A stretch of DNA of 64,000 nucleotides, from the NCBI GenBank assembly GCA_963796115.1, contig CAWCKE010000005.1, positions 444,313 through 508,312 on the forward strand, given 5' to 3'. Origin of the DNA: an uncultured Acidimicrobiia bacterium. Lineage in GTDB: Bacteria > Actinomycetota > Acidimicrobiia > Spongiisociales > UBA11373. Position numbers and translations under genes: made by a program. Under the pieces are notes generated by a model that had not been told where the DNA came from, ran no database searches, and worked only from the letters and a program-made list of their open reading frames with translations. Positions 17,656-30,258 of this stretch are shown one piece after another (the stretch's first letter is position 1; each line of letters starts with the position of its first letter).

Positions 17656-19062
17656 GTGACCGAAGCAGGCGAAGAGCAGCCCGTTCGAGCGGACGATCAC
17701 CGTCGTGCTCGACAGCGCGGCCTTGGAGACGGGCAAGGCGAGGGCGGCCCGCCGTCTGGCCCAGGAGCTGAAGATCAAGGGCTTCCGTCCGGGGAAGGCT
17801 CCCCGGAAGGTGGTCGAGTCGATGGTGGGCGCCGACACCATGCGCCGGGAGGCCATCGATGAGGCCCTTCCCGACGCGGTGCAGGCCGCGCTGGCCGAGG
17901 CGGGGCTGGAGCCGGCCATCACCCCGCAGGGTCGTGGCGGTGCGGGACGTCGAGGACGGGGTCGAGGCCGAGGTCCGGGTCACCCTGTGGCCGGAGGTGT
18001 CCGAGCTGCCGTCGTACCGTGGGCGCCGCATCGTGGTCGATTCGCCGCTGGTGAGCGAGGCGGACGTGGACGCGCACGTGGAGCGGCTGCGGCTTCAGTT
18101 CGCCGAGCTGGACGACGTCGAACGGGAGGGGTTCGACGGCGACTTCGCCCTCATCGATTTGCGCACCCGATCCGGCGAGGCGGAGGTGGCCGCCGGTTCG
18201 GCCACCGACCTGCTCGTGGAGATCGGAGCGGGCGCCTTCCTGGAGGGCCTCGACGAGGCCCTGCGGGGCCGCAAGGCGGGGGACATCGTGGAGTTCTCGA
18301 CCACCCTCCCCAAGGGGATGGGCGAGGACGGGGGCAAGGCAGTCGAGGCCCGGGTACTGGTGAAGCAGATCAAGGCGCGCCGCCTGCCCGACCTGAGCGA
18401 CGCCTGGGTGGACGACGTGTCGGAATTCGCCACGGTCACCGAGATGCGGGAGGCCCTGGGAGCGGAGCTGCGGCGGGCGCGCCTCGGGGCGGCCCGGGCC
18501 GAGTTCGAGCAGCGCCTGCTCGATCAGCTACGCGACGAGATGGACCTGCAGCTCCCCAGCGACCTCGTGGAGGCCGAGGCGGACGCGGTGCTGCACCGCT
18601 TCGCCCACCGGCTGGAGGCCCGCAAGATCACCATCGAGCAGTACCTGGCGGCCACCGGCCAGGATGCCGAGGCCCTGGTGGGCGACGCCCGGGCGCAGGC
18701 GGCTGCTCAACCTGCGCACCCGCATCCTGCTCGAGGCGGTGGCCGAGGCCGAAGGGCTCGAGGTGGCCGATGAGGACGTGGCCGAGGCGATCGAAGCCCT
18801 GGCCGCCGCGGCCAAGACCAGCCCCGCGGAGTACGGCAAGGCCCTGGAGAGGGGAGGCCAGGGAAAGGCACTGGCCGGTGATATCCTGCGACGCAGGGCG
18901 ATCGACCGCCTCCTGGAGCTCGCCGTGGCGGTCGATGCCGATGGCAGTGAGATCGAGTTCCCGGCCGCCGCCACCGGCAGCGAGGCAGCGGGCGTCGGCG
19001 AACCGGCGGGCGACACAGGCGAAGACGACGACCCAACCGATCCCGCGGAGGTAGAGAGTTGA
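17656..19062 (+). CDS. tig: Trigger factor, with frame changes at approx 17680, 17930 and 18702.
   Basis: GTG 17656 follows GGAAGGTGG. Segments from track ORFs 17554, 17705, 17859 and 18664 join as [74 protein letters not shown]../[21 protein letters not shown]... The GFRPGKAP ribosome-binding signature is present. Confidence 0.9.
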
Positions 19063-19670
19063 TCAAGGCCAGCTACCTGGTGCCCACCGTCATCGAGCAG
19101 ACCAGCCGCGGCGAACGGGCCTTCGACATCTACAGCCGCCTGCTCAAGGAGAGGATCATCTTCCTGGGCACGCCCATCGACGATGGGGTGTCCAACCTGA
19201 TCATGGCCCAGTTGCTCCACCTCGAAGGCGACGACCCCGACAAGGACATCGCCCTCTACATCAACTCGCCGGGTGGGGCGATGACCTCGCTCATGGCCAT
19301 CTACGACACCATGAGCTTCATCAAGCCCGACGTCGCCACCTACTGCATGGGGCAGGCGGCTTCGGCGGCGGCGGTGCTGCTGGCCGCCGGGGCTGCGGGC
19401 AAGCGTTTCGCCCTGCCCCACTCCCGGGTGATGCTCCACCAGCCGCACGGGGGTGTCGAGGGCCAGGCCACCGACATCGAGATCCAGGCCCGCGAGTTCA
19501 CACGGGTCAAGGAGGAGATGAACCAGATGCTCGCCCTGCACACGGGGCAGCCGGTGGACAAGATCCGCGCCGACACCGACCGCGACTTCTGGATGACGGC
19601 CGGGGAGGCCAAGGCGTACGGGCTGGTCGACGAGGTGCTCGAGGCGCGCAAGCTGCGGTCCGTCACCTGA
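19059..19670 (+). CDS. clpP: ATP-dependent Clp protease proteolytic subunit (the only copy in this window).
   Basis: Intact 203-aa track ORF with a TTG start overlapping the tig stop. ..[68 protein letters not shown]. Confidence 0.95.
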   Translation: MIKASYLVPTVIEQTSRGERAFDIYSRLLKERIIFLGTPIDDGVSNLIMAQLLHLEGDDPDKDIALYINSPGGAMTSLMAIYDTMSFIKPDVATYCMGQAASAAAVLLAAGAAGKRFALPHSRVMLHQPHGGVEGQATDIEIQAREFTRVKEEMNQMLALHTGQPVDKIRADTDRDFWMTAGEAKAYGLVDEVLEARKLRSVT

Positions 19671-19680
19671 GGGGAGCTGA

Positions 19681-20952
<1,272 letters not shown>

Positions 20953-20954
20953 AA

Positions 20955-20981
20955 GCGCCGGCCTCGCGTACGGCCGGGCGC
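20955..20981 (+). terminator. GC-rich hairpin 3 nt after the clpX stop.
   Basis: GCGCCGGCC-tcgcgta-cGGCCGGGCGC. It is an imperfect inverted repeat with no clear U-tract, so the call is tentative. Confidence 0.35.
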
Positions 20982-20989
20982 GCCTCTCT

Positions 20990-21283
20990 CATCGACACCC
21001 CGCGGTGGCACGCGTCACCGGCCGAATCGAGTGGCGGCAGCGGACTAGTCACCTTGCGCCGCCCAAATGAACACGGCTGCTGACGCAAAGTGGTTGAGGG
21101 CGCGTCCGCGGCGGCGTAGGGTGGTGGCAGGTCGAGTAGGGGAGTCGGTTAGGGGAGGAGCCAAACGCTCCAGGGCGTCGGTCCCCGCCCGGGAGCGTGG
21201 AAGGGGAAGAAGGCCGGTGCAGCAGCACCGGCCTTCCTCCTTTTCCGGGCCCTATCATGTGCGCACCATGGGTGAGAGCCTCG
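20990..21283 (+). promoter_or_regulatory. Structured valS leader: a candidate T-box-like riboswitch/attenuator.
   Basis: A ~290-nt noncoding gap before an aminoacyl-tRNA synthetase gene. UAGGGUGGU at 21117-21125 resembles the T-box core AGGGUGGNA. The hairpin GGCGGCaGC-GGACUAGUCACCUU-GCgCCGCC (21033-21063) exposes a Val codon GUC followed by A in its loop. A terminator-type hairpin with a U-rich tail lies at 21208-21246. Confidence 0.4.
21199..21246 (+). terminator. Long near-perfect hairpin. The core GAAGGCCGGUGC-AGCA-GCACCGGCCUUC is followed by CUCCUUUUCC, so it looks like an intrinsic terminator/attenuator 38 nt upstream of valS.
   Basis: The 5' arm ggaaggggaagaaggccggtgc (21199-21220) is complementary to gcaccggccttcctccttttcc (21225-21246), apart from three mismatch/wobble positions. 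Confidence 0.55.
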
Positions 21284-23877
21284 ATGGAAGCGGCGTACGA
21301 TCCACAACGGGTCGAGGGGGAGTGGTACTCCCGGTGGGAAGCCGCCGGCGTCTTCCGTCCTGAGCAGAACCCGGGCGGTCCGCCCTACTGCATCGTCATC
21401 CCGCCTCCCAACGTCACCGGGTCGCTGCACATGGGCCACGCCCTCAACATGGCCATCCAGGACGCCCTGGTTCGCCGCAAGCGCATGCAGGGCTACGCCG
21501 CTCTCTGGGTGCCGGGCACCGACCACGCCGGCATCGCCACTCAGAACGTGGTCGAGCGGCAGCTGGCCGCTGAGGGCCTGACCCGGCACGACCTGGGCCG
21601 GGAGGCCTTCATCGAGCGGGTGTGGGAGTGGAAGCGGCGGCACGGGGGCCGGATCTCCGAGCAGATGCGCCGCCTGGGCTACTCCTGCGACTGGAGCCGG
21701 GAGCGGTTCACCATGGACGAGGGGCTCTCCCGGGCGGTGCGCACCGTCTTCGTCCGCCTGTACGAGGAGGGGATCATCTACCGGGGCCGGCGGGTCATCA
21801 ACTGGTGCCCGCGCTGCTGCACCGCCCTCAGCGACATCGAGGTGGAGCACGAGGACGTCACCGGGGAGCTGGTCTACATCGAGTACCCCTTCGTTGAAGG
21901 CGAGGGCGGGGTGGAAGTGGCCACCACCCGGGCCGAGACGATGCTGGGGGACACCGCCGTGGCGGTGCATCCCGACGACGAGCGTTACCGGGGGGTGATC
22001 GGCCGCCTTCTGCGCCTCCCGCTGGTTGGGCGGGAGATCCCGATCATCGCCGACGAGGCGGTGGACCCCGAGTTCGGCACCGGCGCGGTCAAGGTCACCC
22101 CGGCCCACGACCCCACCGACTTCGAGATCGCCGAGCGGGCCGGCCTGCCGGCCATCACGGTGCTCGACGAGCAAGGGGCGATCACCGCCGCCGGCGGTCC
22201 CTTCGCCGGGCTCGACCGTTTCGACGCCCGCGCCGCGGTCAAGGAGGCCCTGGCCGCCGCCGGGGTGCTGCGCCGCGTCGAGGAGCACATGCACACGGTC
22301 GGGCACTGCTACCGCTGCGGCACCATGGTGGAGCCCTACCTGTCGGAGCAGTGGTTCGTCAAGGTGCGCCCGCTGGTGGGGCCGGCCATCGACGCGGTGC
22401 GCGCCGGGCAGGTGCGTTTCGTCCCCCAGCGCTGGGAGAAGCACTACATCCTCTGGATGGAGAACCTGCGCGACTGGACGATCTCCCGCCAGATCTGGTG
22501 GGGCCACCGCATCCCTGCCTGGTACTGCGGGGCGTGCGGCCGGGTGACCGTGGCCCTCGAGGACCCCTCGGCCTGCGCCTGCGGGTCGGCCGACCTCCGC
22601 CAGGAGGAGGACGTGCTCGACACGTGGTTCTCCTCCGCCCTGTGGCCCTTCTCCACCCTGGGCTGGCCCGACGATACCCCCGACCTGCGCTCCTTCTACC
22701 CGAACTCGGTGCTGGTCACCGCCTACGACATCATCTACTTCTGGGTGGCCCGGATGATCCAGATGGGCCTCCACTTCGCCGGGGGAGTGCCCTTCGCCGA
22801 CGTGGCCATCCACGGTCTCATCCAGGCTTCCGACAAGCGCAAGATGTCCAAGTCGCGGGGCAACGCCGTCGACCCGCTCGACGTGGTGGCCGAGCAGGGG
22901 GCCGATCCCTTGCGGCTGTCGCTGGTGCTGGCGGCCGCCCCCGGCCACGACACGGTCCCCCTGCAGCTGGAACAGGTCGATGCCGCCCGGCGCTTCGGCA
23001 ACAAGCTGTGGAACGCGGTCCGCTTCGCCCTCCGCTACACGACGGCGGGGGTGCCGGCGTCGGGCGGCTACCCGGACGACCCCTCCCCGGAGGAGCGCTG
23101 GATCCTTTCCCGCCTGCATGAGGTGTCGGCCCGCTTCGACGAGCTGTTCGACGAGTACCGCTTCAGCGACGCCTTCGGGCTGCTGTACAACTTCATCTGG
23201 GCTGAGGTCTGCGACTGGTTCCTGGAGCTCACGAAGGCGCCGCTGCGCCGGGGCGGCGAGGGTACGGTGGCGCGCACTCTCGGCGTCGTGCTGCGCGACG
23301 TGGTGGCGATGCTGCATCCCATCATGCCCTCCCTCACCGAGGAGCTCTGGTCGCACCTGGTGGGCGACGGGTTCGTCGCCGCCGGCCCCTGGCCGTCGCC
23401 GCCGGCCTACGAGGCTCCCGAGGGGTTTGCCGTGTTCCAGGGGATGGTGGGCGAGATCCGGCGCTTCCGGGCGGAGCACGGACTGGCGCCGCGCGCCCCG
23501 CTCGACGTGGTGGTCGCCGACCCGGAGGGGGTGGCCGAGCGCTGGTGGCGGGAGCAGGTCGAGTCCTTGGCCTCGGTGTACCCCGCAGTGGGTGGAACAG
23601 GCCTCGGCCGGGCCGGGCCGGACGCCACTGGTGGTGGGCTCGATCCAGGTCTTCGTCTCGATGGCGGGCACGGCCGAGGCGGCGGCCGAGAAGGAGCGCC
23701 TCGCCCGGGCGGTGGCCGAGGCGGAGTCGCTGCTGGCGGCCTCCGAGGCGAAGCTGGCCAATCCGCAGTTCCGTCGAGCGCGCCCCGGCCGAGGTGGTCG
23801 AGAAGGAACGGGCCCGGACGGCCGAGGGCCTCGCCCGGCTCGCCAAGCTGCGGGCGCAGCTGGAAGCCCTGGGGTAG
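21284..23877 (+). CDS. valS: Valine--tRNA ligase, with frame changes at approx 23585 and 23771.
   Basis: MEAAYDPQRVEGEWYSRWEAAG..PPPNVTGSLHMGHAL (HIGH-type)..KMSKSRGN (KMSKS)..  The C-terminal coiled coil is recovered from two other frames: ..PLVVGSIQVFVSMAGTAEAAAEKERLARAVAEAESLLAASEAKLANPQF / VERAPAEVVEKERARTAEGLARLAKLRAQLEALG-stop. The 1486-aa track ORF is a chimera. Confidence 0.95.
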
Positions 23878-25175
23878 CCCCCACGGACCACGCCGAGGCC
23901 CTCGCCTACCTGGACCGGCACATCGGCCGGGGGGTCAAACCGGGCACCGAACGCATCGCCGGCCTGCTGGAGCTCATGGCCGGCCCCCACCTGGGCTATC
24001 CCGTCATCCACGTGGCCGGCAGCAACGGCAAGACCACCACCTCCCGGCTGGCGGCCGCTCTGCTCAAGGCCCACGGGTTGACACCCGGTCTGTTCACCTC
24101 GCCTCACCTGCAGGCGGTGGAGGAGCGCTTCGAGGTAGCGGGGGAGCCGATGCGGCCCGACGAGATGGCCGCCGCCCTGGGCGATGTGCGGCCCTTTGTC
24201 GACCTGTTCGAGGAACGCACCGGGGACGGCATCACCTACTTCGAGCTGACCGCCGCCCTGGCCTTTTCCTGGTTCGCCGAGCGGGCGGTGGACGCGGCGG
24301 TGGTCGAGGTGGGCCTGGGCGGCCGCCTCGACGCCACCAACGTGGTCGATGCCGAGGTGGCGGTCATCACCTCCATCTCCCTCGAGCACACCGAGTACCT
24401 CGGCAACACGTTGACCGCCATCGCCGCCGAGAAGGCGGCCATCCTGGGCGCGGGGCGGGTGCTGGTCACGGGCGACCTTCCCCCGGAGGCCCTCGAGGTC
24501 GCCGGGGCGCGAGCCGCCGCCACCGGGTCGGCCTGGCTGCGGTGGGGGGTGGACTTCTCGGTGTCCCACGCGGAGCTGGCGGTGGGCGGCTGGCTGGTGG
24601 ACCTGGAGGGCGTCTACCGGTCCTACCCGGAGGTGCCCTTGCGGCTGCACGGGCGCCACCAGACGACGAATCTCGCCGTGGCCGTAGCCGCCGTCGAGGC
24701 GTTCTTCGGACGGGCCCTCGACCCGGCGGCGGTGGCCCAGGCAGCCGCCCGGACCCGCTCTCCCGGGCGCATGGAGGTGGTGCAGCGGGACCCGCTGGTC
24801 ATCCTCGACGGGGCCCACAACCCGGAAGGGACCGCGGCTCTCGCCGCCGCTCTGGCGGAGGAGTTCCCGACCACGAAGTGGTCGGTGGTGTTCGGGGCGA
24901 TGGCCGACAAGGACGTGGAGACCATGCTCCACTCACTCGAGCCGGCCGCAGCCTCGCTGAACGCCGCCCGGGCCGCCGACTCGGCCCGGGCCCGGCCCGC
25001 CGCCGAGGTGGCCGCCCTGGCCGCCGACATCCTCGGGGTGCCGGTGTCGGCCCACGGCTCGGTCGCCGAGGCGCTGGATGCTGCCCTCGGCGAGGGACGG
25101 CCGGTGCTGGTGACCGGCTCCCTCTACGTGGTGGGAGAGGCCCGGAGCGCCCTCGGGCGTGGGTCGGGCGGCTGA
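23877..25175 (+). CDS. folC: Folylpolyglutamate synthase/dihydrofolate synthase. The start codon is not resolvable.
   Basis: This is the frame of track ORF 22980..25175 from ..PTDHAEALAYLDRHIGRGVKPGTERIAGLLELMAGP..VIHVAGSNGKTTTSRL (P-loop)..TSPHLQAVEERF..GLGGRLDATNV..ITSISLEHTEYLG..DGAHNPEG. There is no ATG/GTG/TTG in frame between the valS stop and the conserved N-terminus. Confidence 0.85.
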   Translation, partial: APTDHAEALAYLDRHIGRGVKPGTERIAGLLELMAGPHLGYPVIHVAGSNGKTTTSRLAAALLKAHGLTPGLFTSPHLQAVEERFEVAGEPMRPDEMAAALGDVRPFVDLFEERTGDGITYFELTAALAFSWFAERAVDAAVVEVGLGGRLDATNVVDAEVAVITSISLEHTEYLGNTLTAIAAEKAAILGAGRVLVTGDLPPEALEVAGARAAATGSAWLRWGVDFSVSHAELAVGGWLVDLEGVYRSYPEVPLRLHGRHQTTNLAVAVAAVEAFFGRALDPAAVAQAAARTRSPGRMEVVQRDPLVILDGAHNPEGTAALAAALAEEFPTTKWSVVFGAMADKDVETMLHSLEPAAASLNAARAADSARARPAAEVAALAADILGVPVSAHGSVAEALDAALGEGRPVLVTGSLYVVGEARSALGRGSGG

Positions 25176-25220
25176 CGGGTACCATTCCCGGCCCCGCAGA
25201 CGAGGAGGACACCGGCCGTG

Positions 25221-26683
<1,463 letters not shown>

Positions 26684-26723
26684 CCGTGCCCGGCGGGGCC
26701 GGTTCCGATGGGGGAGGGCGCTG

Positions 26724-27613
26724 ATGTGGCGCCGAACGAGTCTCGATCGCAGCAACATCCTCTTCGTCGCCCTGGTCATGGTGTCGCTGATCCTGATGAC
26801 CATGGACCTGCGGGCCTCCGGAGAAGGGCTGGCGGGCACCCTGCGCGACGGCACCCAGGCCGTGTTCACCCCGGTGCAGAAGGCGGTCTCCTTCGTCACT
26901 CGGCCGGTGGTGGGCTTCTTCGAGGGGATGTCCGACCTGGTCGGGCTGCGTGGCGAGAACCAGGCGCTGCGCTTGCAGGTGGCCCAATTGGAGCAGGAAC
27001 TGGCCGCCACCGAGAGCCTCCAGCGGCAGGTCGCGGAGCTTGAAGCGATCCTCGCCATCGAGCCCCCCGAGGAGCTACGACACCGTCGTTGCCCGGGTGC
27101 TGGCCACCGGGCGTCTCCGACTTCGATGCCCTCCGGCTGATCGACAAGGGCAGGCGCCACGGCATCACCGAGGACATGCCGGTGATCGACGAGGGCGGGC
27201 TGGTGGGCCGGGTGGTGGCGGTCACCGAGACCTCGGCACGGATCCGCCTCATCACCGACAGAAGCATGCGGGTGGCCGTGCGGGTGGATCGGACGGGTGA
27301 GACCGGGGTGCTGATCGGTCGCGGCGGAGGCCTCCTCGCGCTGGAGATGCTGAACACCGAGACCGCTCTGGTCGAGGGGGACCTGCTCGTCACCGCCGAC
27401 GGGCGCTTCCCGGCGGGCATCCCCGTGGCCCGGGTCGCCGAGGCGGCCGAGGCCGAAGTGGGCTTCTCGCTCCGGACCACGGCCACTCCCGTCGCGGAGC
27501 TGACGCGGGTGGACTACGTGAAGGTGCTGGTGTTCACCAGCGACGAGGTTGGGTCGGCCGATCCCGATGAAGAGGGGTCGCCGATCGGGACCGGGACGAC
27601 CGTCGCCCCGTGA
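26724..27613 (+). CDS. mreC: Rod-shape-determining protein MreC, with a frame change near 27075-27090.
   Basis: TM plus coiled coil (ENQALRLQVAQLEQELAATESLQRQVAELEAIL), then from track ORF 27089: ..LIDKGRRHGITEDMPVIDEGGLVGRVVAVTETSARIRLITD..GDLLVTADGRFPAGIPVARV. It sits between mreB and mreD. Confidence 0.85.
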
Positions 27614-28125
27614 AGTGGCGCAGGACGGCCATAGCCGTCGCCCTGGCTCTCCTCGGGGTGGCTCTCCAGACCACCCTGTTCGTCCGCTTCCGCCCGTTCG
27701 ACGCCTCCCCGGCGCTCGCCCTGCTCGTGGTGCTGGCCTTGAGCCGGCACCTGGGGCGCATGGAGTCGTTGCTGATGGGCTTCGGGACCGGCTTGCTGCT
27801 CGACCTGCTCTCCGAGACGGCCCTGGGCCTGTGGGCGCTGGTGGCCACCGCGGTGGCCTTCGCCACCGTGCGTCTGCGCCACCGCTTCGAGGACGACGTG
27901 ACCCTGCTGGTGCCCGGGGTCTTCCTGATCTCGTTCGCGGCTATGGCGCTATACGGGCTTCTCGGTACGATCTTCGGCGAGCAGACCCTCGCCGACGCCC
28001 AGGTGGTGCGCAAGATGTTGCTCCCGGCGGTGTACAACACGGTGCTGGCGGTCCTGGTGTTGCCCCCGGTCACCAAGCTCATCGGTGAGCGGGTCAGGAG
28101 CCCGGGCGGCTGGGGGGAGTCGTGA
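27610..28125 (+). CDS. mreD: Rod-shape-determining protein MreD.
   Basis: An intact 171-aa polytopic membrane ORF whose start overlaps the mreC stop and whose stop overlaps the pbp2 start. The call is based on position and hydrophobicity. Confidence 0.7.
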   Translation: MKWRRTAIAVALALLGVALQTTLFVRFRPFDASPALALLVVLALSRHLGRMESLLMGFGTGLLLDLLSETALGLWALVATAVAFATVRLRHRFEDDVTLLVPGVFLISFAAMALYGLLGTIFGEQTLADAQVVRKMLLPAVYNTVLAVLVLPPVTKLIGERVRSPGGWGES

Positions 28126-30258
28126 GCCGCACCTGGCGCCTGGTGGCAGTGGGAGTGGTGTTCGCCGCCCTCTTCGCCGTGCTGACGCTGCGCCTCTGGT
28201 ACCTGCAGGTGAGCACGGTGGCGACGGCGCAGGAAGTGGCCGAGCAGCAGCAGCTCCGGGTGGTGAGCATCGAGGCGCCGCGGGGCGACATCTACGACCG
28301 GAGCGGGCAGGAACTGCTCGCCGGCAGCTTCGCCTCCCGGCGTATCGTCGTCGACCGTGCCCTCCTTCCCGAGGAGCGGGAGGAGGAACTGGTCAACAAC
28401 CTGTCCGCCCTGCTGGGCATGCCGGCCCAGGACATCTGGGCCCTGTTCGAGGAGAATGGGCCGGGATCCCGCTTCGCGGTAGGGGACGAGGTGTCGGAGT
28501 CCACGGCGGTGTTCGCCCTCGAGCACACCGAGGACTTCCCCGGGGTGGTGGTCGAGGCGGTGCCGGTGCGCATCTACCCGCTGGGGGAGGTGGCGGCCCA
28601 CGTGCTCGGCTACATCGGCGCCCCGGCCGACGACGACCTGCTCCGTCCGGAGATCACCGCCCGCGACCGGGTCGGCCGTTTCGGCATCGAGAAGGAGTAC
28701 GACCGGCTGCTCCGCGGCACCCCGGGCAAGACCACCTACCGGGTGAACGCCAGCGGGGAGATCCTCGAGATCGTCGAGGAGGTGCCGCCCCAGGCAGGGG
28801 GAACGGTGATCACCACCCTCGACCTCGGCCTGCAGCAGTTCGTCGAGCAGGTCCTGCTCGACGGGATGTCCCTGGCGCGCCTGGACGGCAAGTCGCCGGC
28901 CCGGGCATCGGCGGTGGTAATCGACCCCCGCGACGGGTCCGTCCTGGCTATGGCGTCGGTGCCCGCCTACGACCCGGGGCTCTTCTCCGACGGGCGCATC
29001 ACCGACGAGGAGTGGGCCGCTCTCTCCGAGACGGCCGCCCTCAACAACTTCGCCATCCAGGGCCTGTACCCGCCCGCCTCGGCCTTCAAGGTGGTGGCCT
29101 ACACCCTTGCCCTGGAGAGGGAGATCTACCCGACGGTGGAGCAGGACCAGTACGCCGCCCTTCTCGATCCCAACGACCCGACCTCGTTCTACGCCGACGG
29201 CGATCTCGCAGTTCCCCAACACCCCGCTGCTGCAGGACTGGAAGGTGCACGGCCTGGTGAACATCCACACTTCCCTCCAGGTCTCCTCCGACAACTACTA
29301 CTGGGGTATCGCCCTGGAGATCTGGGACCGGGCCGGGCTGGACTGGGACGAGGACCTCCTGCAGGTCTGGGCCCGGCACGCTTGGCTTCGGGGAGGCCAC
29401 CGGCATCGACCTGCCCTTCGAGCAGGTGGGCATCGTCCCCGACCGGGAGTGGTTCCAGTACCACCAGCTGAACCGGACCGGCCTGGTGCGCTTCGACGGC
29501 CCCTGGTCGGGCGGCGATCTGATGAACACCGCGATCGGCCAGGGGGCCATGGTGTGCACCCCGCTGCAGCTGGCCAACGCCTATGCGGCTCTGGTCAACG
29601 GGGGCACGCTGTGGACCCCGCGGGTCGTGTCGTCGATCGTCGATTCGGAGGGAGAGGCCATCTTCCTCAACACGCCCCGGGTCCTGCGAGCGTTCGACAT
29701 CTCGGAGAGCACGGTGGCCAGCCTGCTGGCCGACCTGCACGGGGTGGTGGCTTCGGAGAGGGGCACCGCCTACCAGGCCTTCGTGGGTTTCGGCGACAGC
29801 CTCGGGCAGGTCGGCGGCAAGACCGGGACCGCCCAGATCCGCCTGGCCAGCCTGCGCCTGGTGGTCGATCGCGAGCAGCGGCCCGCGGGCAGCGAAGCCG
29901 CAGCTGGTCGAGCGCCTGGCCGAGCTGCTCGAGACACCGGCCTCGGAGATCTGGGCCCGATTCGACACCGAGGATGCGCAGTTCGTCGGTGGCCGACGAG
30001 ATCTCGGAAGCGACCGCCGCCGCTCTCGCGGAGCGCAGCTGGGAGTTCCCCGGGGTCGCGGTCGAGGAGGTCCCGGAGGTGGACACCGCCTGGTTCGTCG
30101 GGGTGGCGCCCCTCGACGAGCCGCAGTACGTGGTGGCGGTCGTGATCGACGGGGGCGGGAGCGGCGGGAAGATCGCCGCCCCCACCGCCCGGGCCATCCT
30201 CCAGTACCTGATGGGAGAGGACATCGACACGATCCGCAGCGGGGAGGACACCGACTGA
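28122..30258 (+). CDS. mrdA: Penicillin-binding protein 2 (class B transpeptidase, elongasome), with frame changes at approx 29200, 29395, 29888 and 29989. It carries an extra domain inserted after the KTG motif.
   Basis: APRGDIYDRSGQELLA..HVLGYIG..GRFGIEKEYD..AVVIDPRDGSVLAMAS..YPPASAFKVV (SxxK)..VSSDNYYW (SxN-like)..GGKTGTAQ (KTG)..DTAWFVGVAP. Segments come from track ORFs 28122, 29107, 29426 and 29583. Confidence 0.9.

Noticed and set aside
16714-17862. Several 80-125-aa ORFs overlapping the tRNA cluster (16714..17088, 17154..17402, 17199..17531, 17222..17470, 17554..17862).
   Set aside because: They overlap six clean cloverleaf tRNA genes. Apart from the few trigger-factor N-terminal codons at the end of 17554..17862, they have no independent coding evidence.
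23760-23780. Frame changes interpreted as programmed ribosomal frameshifting or recoding (for example valS at 23771 or mreB at 26345).
   Set aside because: There are no slippery heptamers or downstream stimulatory structures. The events occur in dozens of unrelated genes, in both +1 and -1 directions, typically in short G/C runs. This pattern fits indel errors.
21149-23884. A 911-aa minus-strand ORF, one of the longest in the track.
   Set aside because: It lies exactly antisense to valS and its product is R/P/G/H low-complexity with no motifs. In ~70% GC DNA the antisense frames of real genes stay open. valS on the plus strand has HIGH/KMSKS motifs and a GC3 bias.
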